Below the pieces are notes generated by a model, which saw only the letters and a list, made by a program, of their open reading frames with translations, ran no database searches and was not told the origin of the DNA. A DNA stretch of 62,746 bases, the filler included, from Chiloscyllium plagiosum (Eukaryota), in NCBI RefSeq assembly GCF_004010195.1. It is 4 parts of one record of this genome, joined end to end, with 100 filler letters (N's around TTAATTAATTAA, not from the genome) between each part and the next. Parts side by side here need not be neighbours in the genome. Positions count along the whole stretch, not along the records: positions 54,165 to 62,746 come from NC_057717.1; 3 more parts are not named here. One strand, 5' to 3'. Position 1 is the stretch's first letter. Every line of letters starts with the position of its first letter. Position numbers and translations under genes: made by a program. This document shows positions 60,510-62,746 of this stretch, piece by piece.

Positions 60510-61420
60510 TTCTACAAGGCCCTAATAGAACGATGGAATTGATTAGGGGTGGCTTCAACCCAGCCTAGATTGTTTGTTTAGACTGCTGTAACTACAGAGA
60601 GCGACAGGTAGTTTAATAGCATAGAATTATACTGAGCATTAATAGCATTTAAATTCCAAGCCCGATCGCCAGAATAGGACTCAGAAAATTATCTAAAATG
60701 TTCCAAAAAAAATCCTCAGCAGACTCCTTATCTTGGGGCGCAGTTCAAGGATACGTGTAAAGTCAATAGGCTTTGCAAATATAACCGATGCAGCATCGAG
60801 AATATTATATTGGCGTTGTTCCTGGTCTACAGCATTAGCGAAAGCAGTAACGTTATTGAAAATTAAGTAAAACAGCTATACACTCCAAAGACTGAGCAGC
60901 CTGTAAGGAAGAGTTTGAAATGGGAGCCACAAAAAAAGAACACTACTCATCTAAATCCAAATTATCATTGTCTTCCTCGTTCAAACTACAGCCAACTATC
61001 GAACTGCACAGTTCTGTTTTTTTTTAACCAGTCACTTGTGACTTCTCCTTTTGATTCAGTCATTGTTTTGCTTGAGCACGTTCTCTTTTAAGAACCTCAA
61101 CACACTTCATAGCACCATTTGCAGTTAATTCAATCCCCAATTTGGTGGCAGTATCCTGCCATGGGCACAAAACTGATTCTTTGTGCCTCTCATCGCAAAA
61201 CTGTTGCCATAGTCCAATTAACTCTTTTTTTCCCACTCCCATGTTATGTTGCCAAATTAATTGCTGAGCTGATTTGACCATTGGACAGGTTTAAGGACAC
61301 ATAATGGCCATTCTTCATCACCCAATGTTTTGATTAGACATACAAACAGTTTTCTAAAGGCCCCAGACTTTTCAGAAATTTTTTCACATAATTTCACTAA
61401 CTGATGATGGATCATTTGTT
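60510..61420 (-). pseudogene. gag: Gag remnants (matrix-like N-terminus and capsid C-terminal/MHR-like region)
   Basis: LGDEEWPL...AQQLIW...KKELIGLW (ORF 61060..61281). At ~60510-60830: FAKPIDFTRILELRP.DKESAEDFLEHF....ESYSG. Confidence 0.75.
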
Positions 61421-61434
61421 CTGTCTATGTACAT

Positions 61435-61730
61435 GATTACATTACATTACATTCCTTACAATGTGGAAACAGACCCTTCGGCCCAACAAGGCCACACTGA
61501 CCCGCCGAAGCGCAACCCACCCAGACCCATTCCCCTACATCTAACACTACGGGCAATTTAGCATAGCCAATTCACCTAACCTGCACATTTTTGGACTTTG
61601 TGAGGAAACCAGAGCATCCGGAGGAAACCCTCGCAGACACGGGGAGAATGTGCAAACTCCACACAGTCAGTCGCCTGTGGCGGGAATTGAACCCGGGTCT
61701 CTAGCGCTGTGAGGTAGCAGTGCTCACCAG
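61435..61730 (-). mobile_element. HE1/V-type SINE
   Basis: Near full length on the minus strand with (gtaat)n tail. Confidence 0.92.
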
Positions 61731-61982
61731 AATTACTTCAGTTTTAGAGCAATTATTTTTTTTTAAAAATTACTCATTAATCAGACGTCTACAAAGACTA
61801 ATTATTTCAGAAAACCATTTTTTTAAATTAACTTTTATTATAAAATATTGTGATATAACTTAATTTTAAAAAATCAACTGAAGTATTGAATTTATTTATT
61901 AAATTATCAAGTGTGAGAAACAAAATTCACATATTAATAATTTTCAGTCCGAGTCAAATTCTGAAGCAGCAAATTGTATTGA

Positions 61983-62746
61983 TTTTTTTATATTTCAAAA
62001 ATATACTTTATTCATAAAATAATTTGATGGTCTGGACAGTTGATCATGCCATACATATGTGAACATGTACATACAGAGATCAGAATTTATCATTTTTATA
62101 CAGGTCTGTACATTTTTCAATCATATGCCCATATAATTAGCTGAGGCGTCAGCAGAGCCCAAATGACTGCATGGGCCCCCTGTTCTTCGTTAGGCAGGCA
62201 GACTTTACACAGTGGTCTTTCCCCACCGCGCCTTGGCGGCAGCTGCCCCAAGCTTCAGCGCATCCCTCAACACGTAGTCCTGGACCTTGGAATGTGCCAG
62301 TCTGCAGCACTCAGTCGGGGTCAACTCCTTCAGCTGGAAGATCAGCAGGTTTCGGACCACCCAGAGAGCGTCCTTCACCGAGTTGATGATCCTCCAGGCA
62401 CAGTTGATGTCCGTCTCAGTGTGTGTCCCGGGGAACAGGCCGTAGAGCACGGAGTCCCATGTCACGGAGCTGCTCGGGACGAACCTCGACAAACACCACT
62501 GCATTCCTCTCCAGACTCCCTCTGCGTAGGCACATTCCAAAAGGAGGTATGTGACAGTCTCATCCCCCCCGCAGCCGCTTCGAGGGCAGCGTGCGGTGCG
62601 ACTGAGAGTCTGGGCGTGCATAAAGGATCTCACAGGCAGAGCCCTTCTCACCACCAGCCAAGCCATGTCTTGGTGCTTGTTGGAAAGTTCTGGCGATGAG
62701 GCATCCTGCCAAATGGCTTTGACAGTCTGCCCAGGGAACCGCTCGA
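61983..62746 (-). mobile_element. Tx1-clade non-LTR retrotransposon 3' end (ORF2 zinc-finger region), young
   Basis: Open ORF 62205..62666: AWLVVRRALPVR...CPRSGCGGDETVTYLLLEC...INSVKDALW..RN; AATAAA and A-rich tail. Confidence 0.92.

Larger units (their letters stand above)
54165..61420 (-). mobile_element. Internally deleted endogenous retrovirus (gag - RNase H - IN remnant - env - PPT - 3' LTR)
   Basis: All components lie on the minus strand in retroviral order (see sub-features). No 5' LTR or PBS seen in the window. Confidence 0.88.

Overview
Eukaryotic, repeat-saturated DNA from a draft assembly (N-gaps, some carrying a TTAATTAATTAA six-frame-stop linker). The repeat complement (HE1/V-type tRNA-derived SINEs, HER1/CR1 LINEs, Penelope, Tx1, Gmr1-like Gypsy, Harbinger) points to a cartilaginous fish, probably a shark. 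I found no intact host protein-coding gene. Layout: (i) 1-29.1 kb is an old inverted segmental duplication (arms 1-14413 and ~17094-29100, about 90% identical by eye). It carries an L1 that is full-length in the left arm plus arm-specific insertions and deletions, and has a decayed SRCR-like exon in the central spacer. (ii) 30-42 kb holds decayed Gmr1-like Gypsy, Harbinger and CR1 copies and a 42-bp in-frame repeat. (iii) 43-54 kb is a decayed, internally duplicated tRNA-gene cluster (Ser, Thr and His remnants) with satellites. (iv) 54.2-61.4 kb is a minus-strand, internally deleted endogenous retrovirus (gag, class I-type RNase H, integrase remnant, env, PPT, 3' LTR). Its env TM subunit aligns without gaps to filovirus GP2 (ICGL..L.NETT.AL, ISD, CX6C, both sequons) and is the most interesting signal in the window. 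Penelope ends carry minimal hammerhead-ribozyme motifs. All homology calls come from manual reading against remembered consensus sequences, not from searches, and repeat boundaries are approximate.
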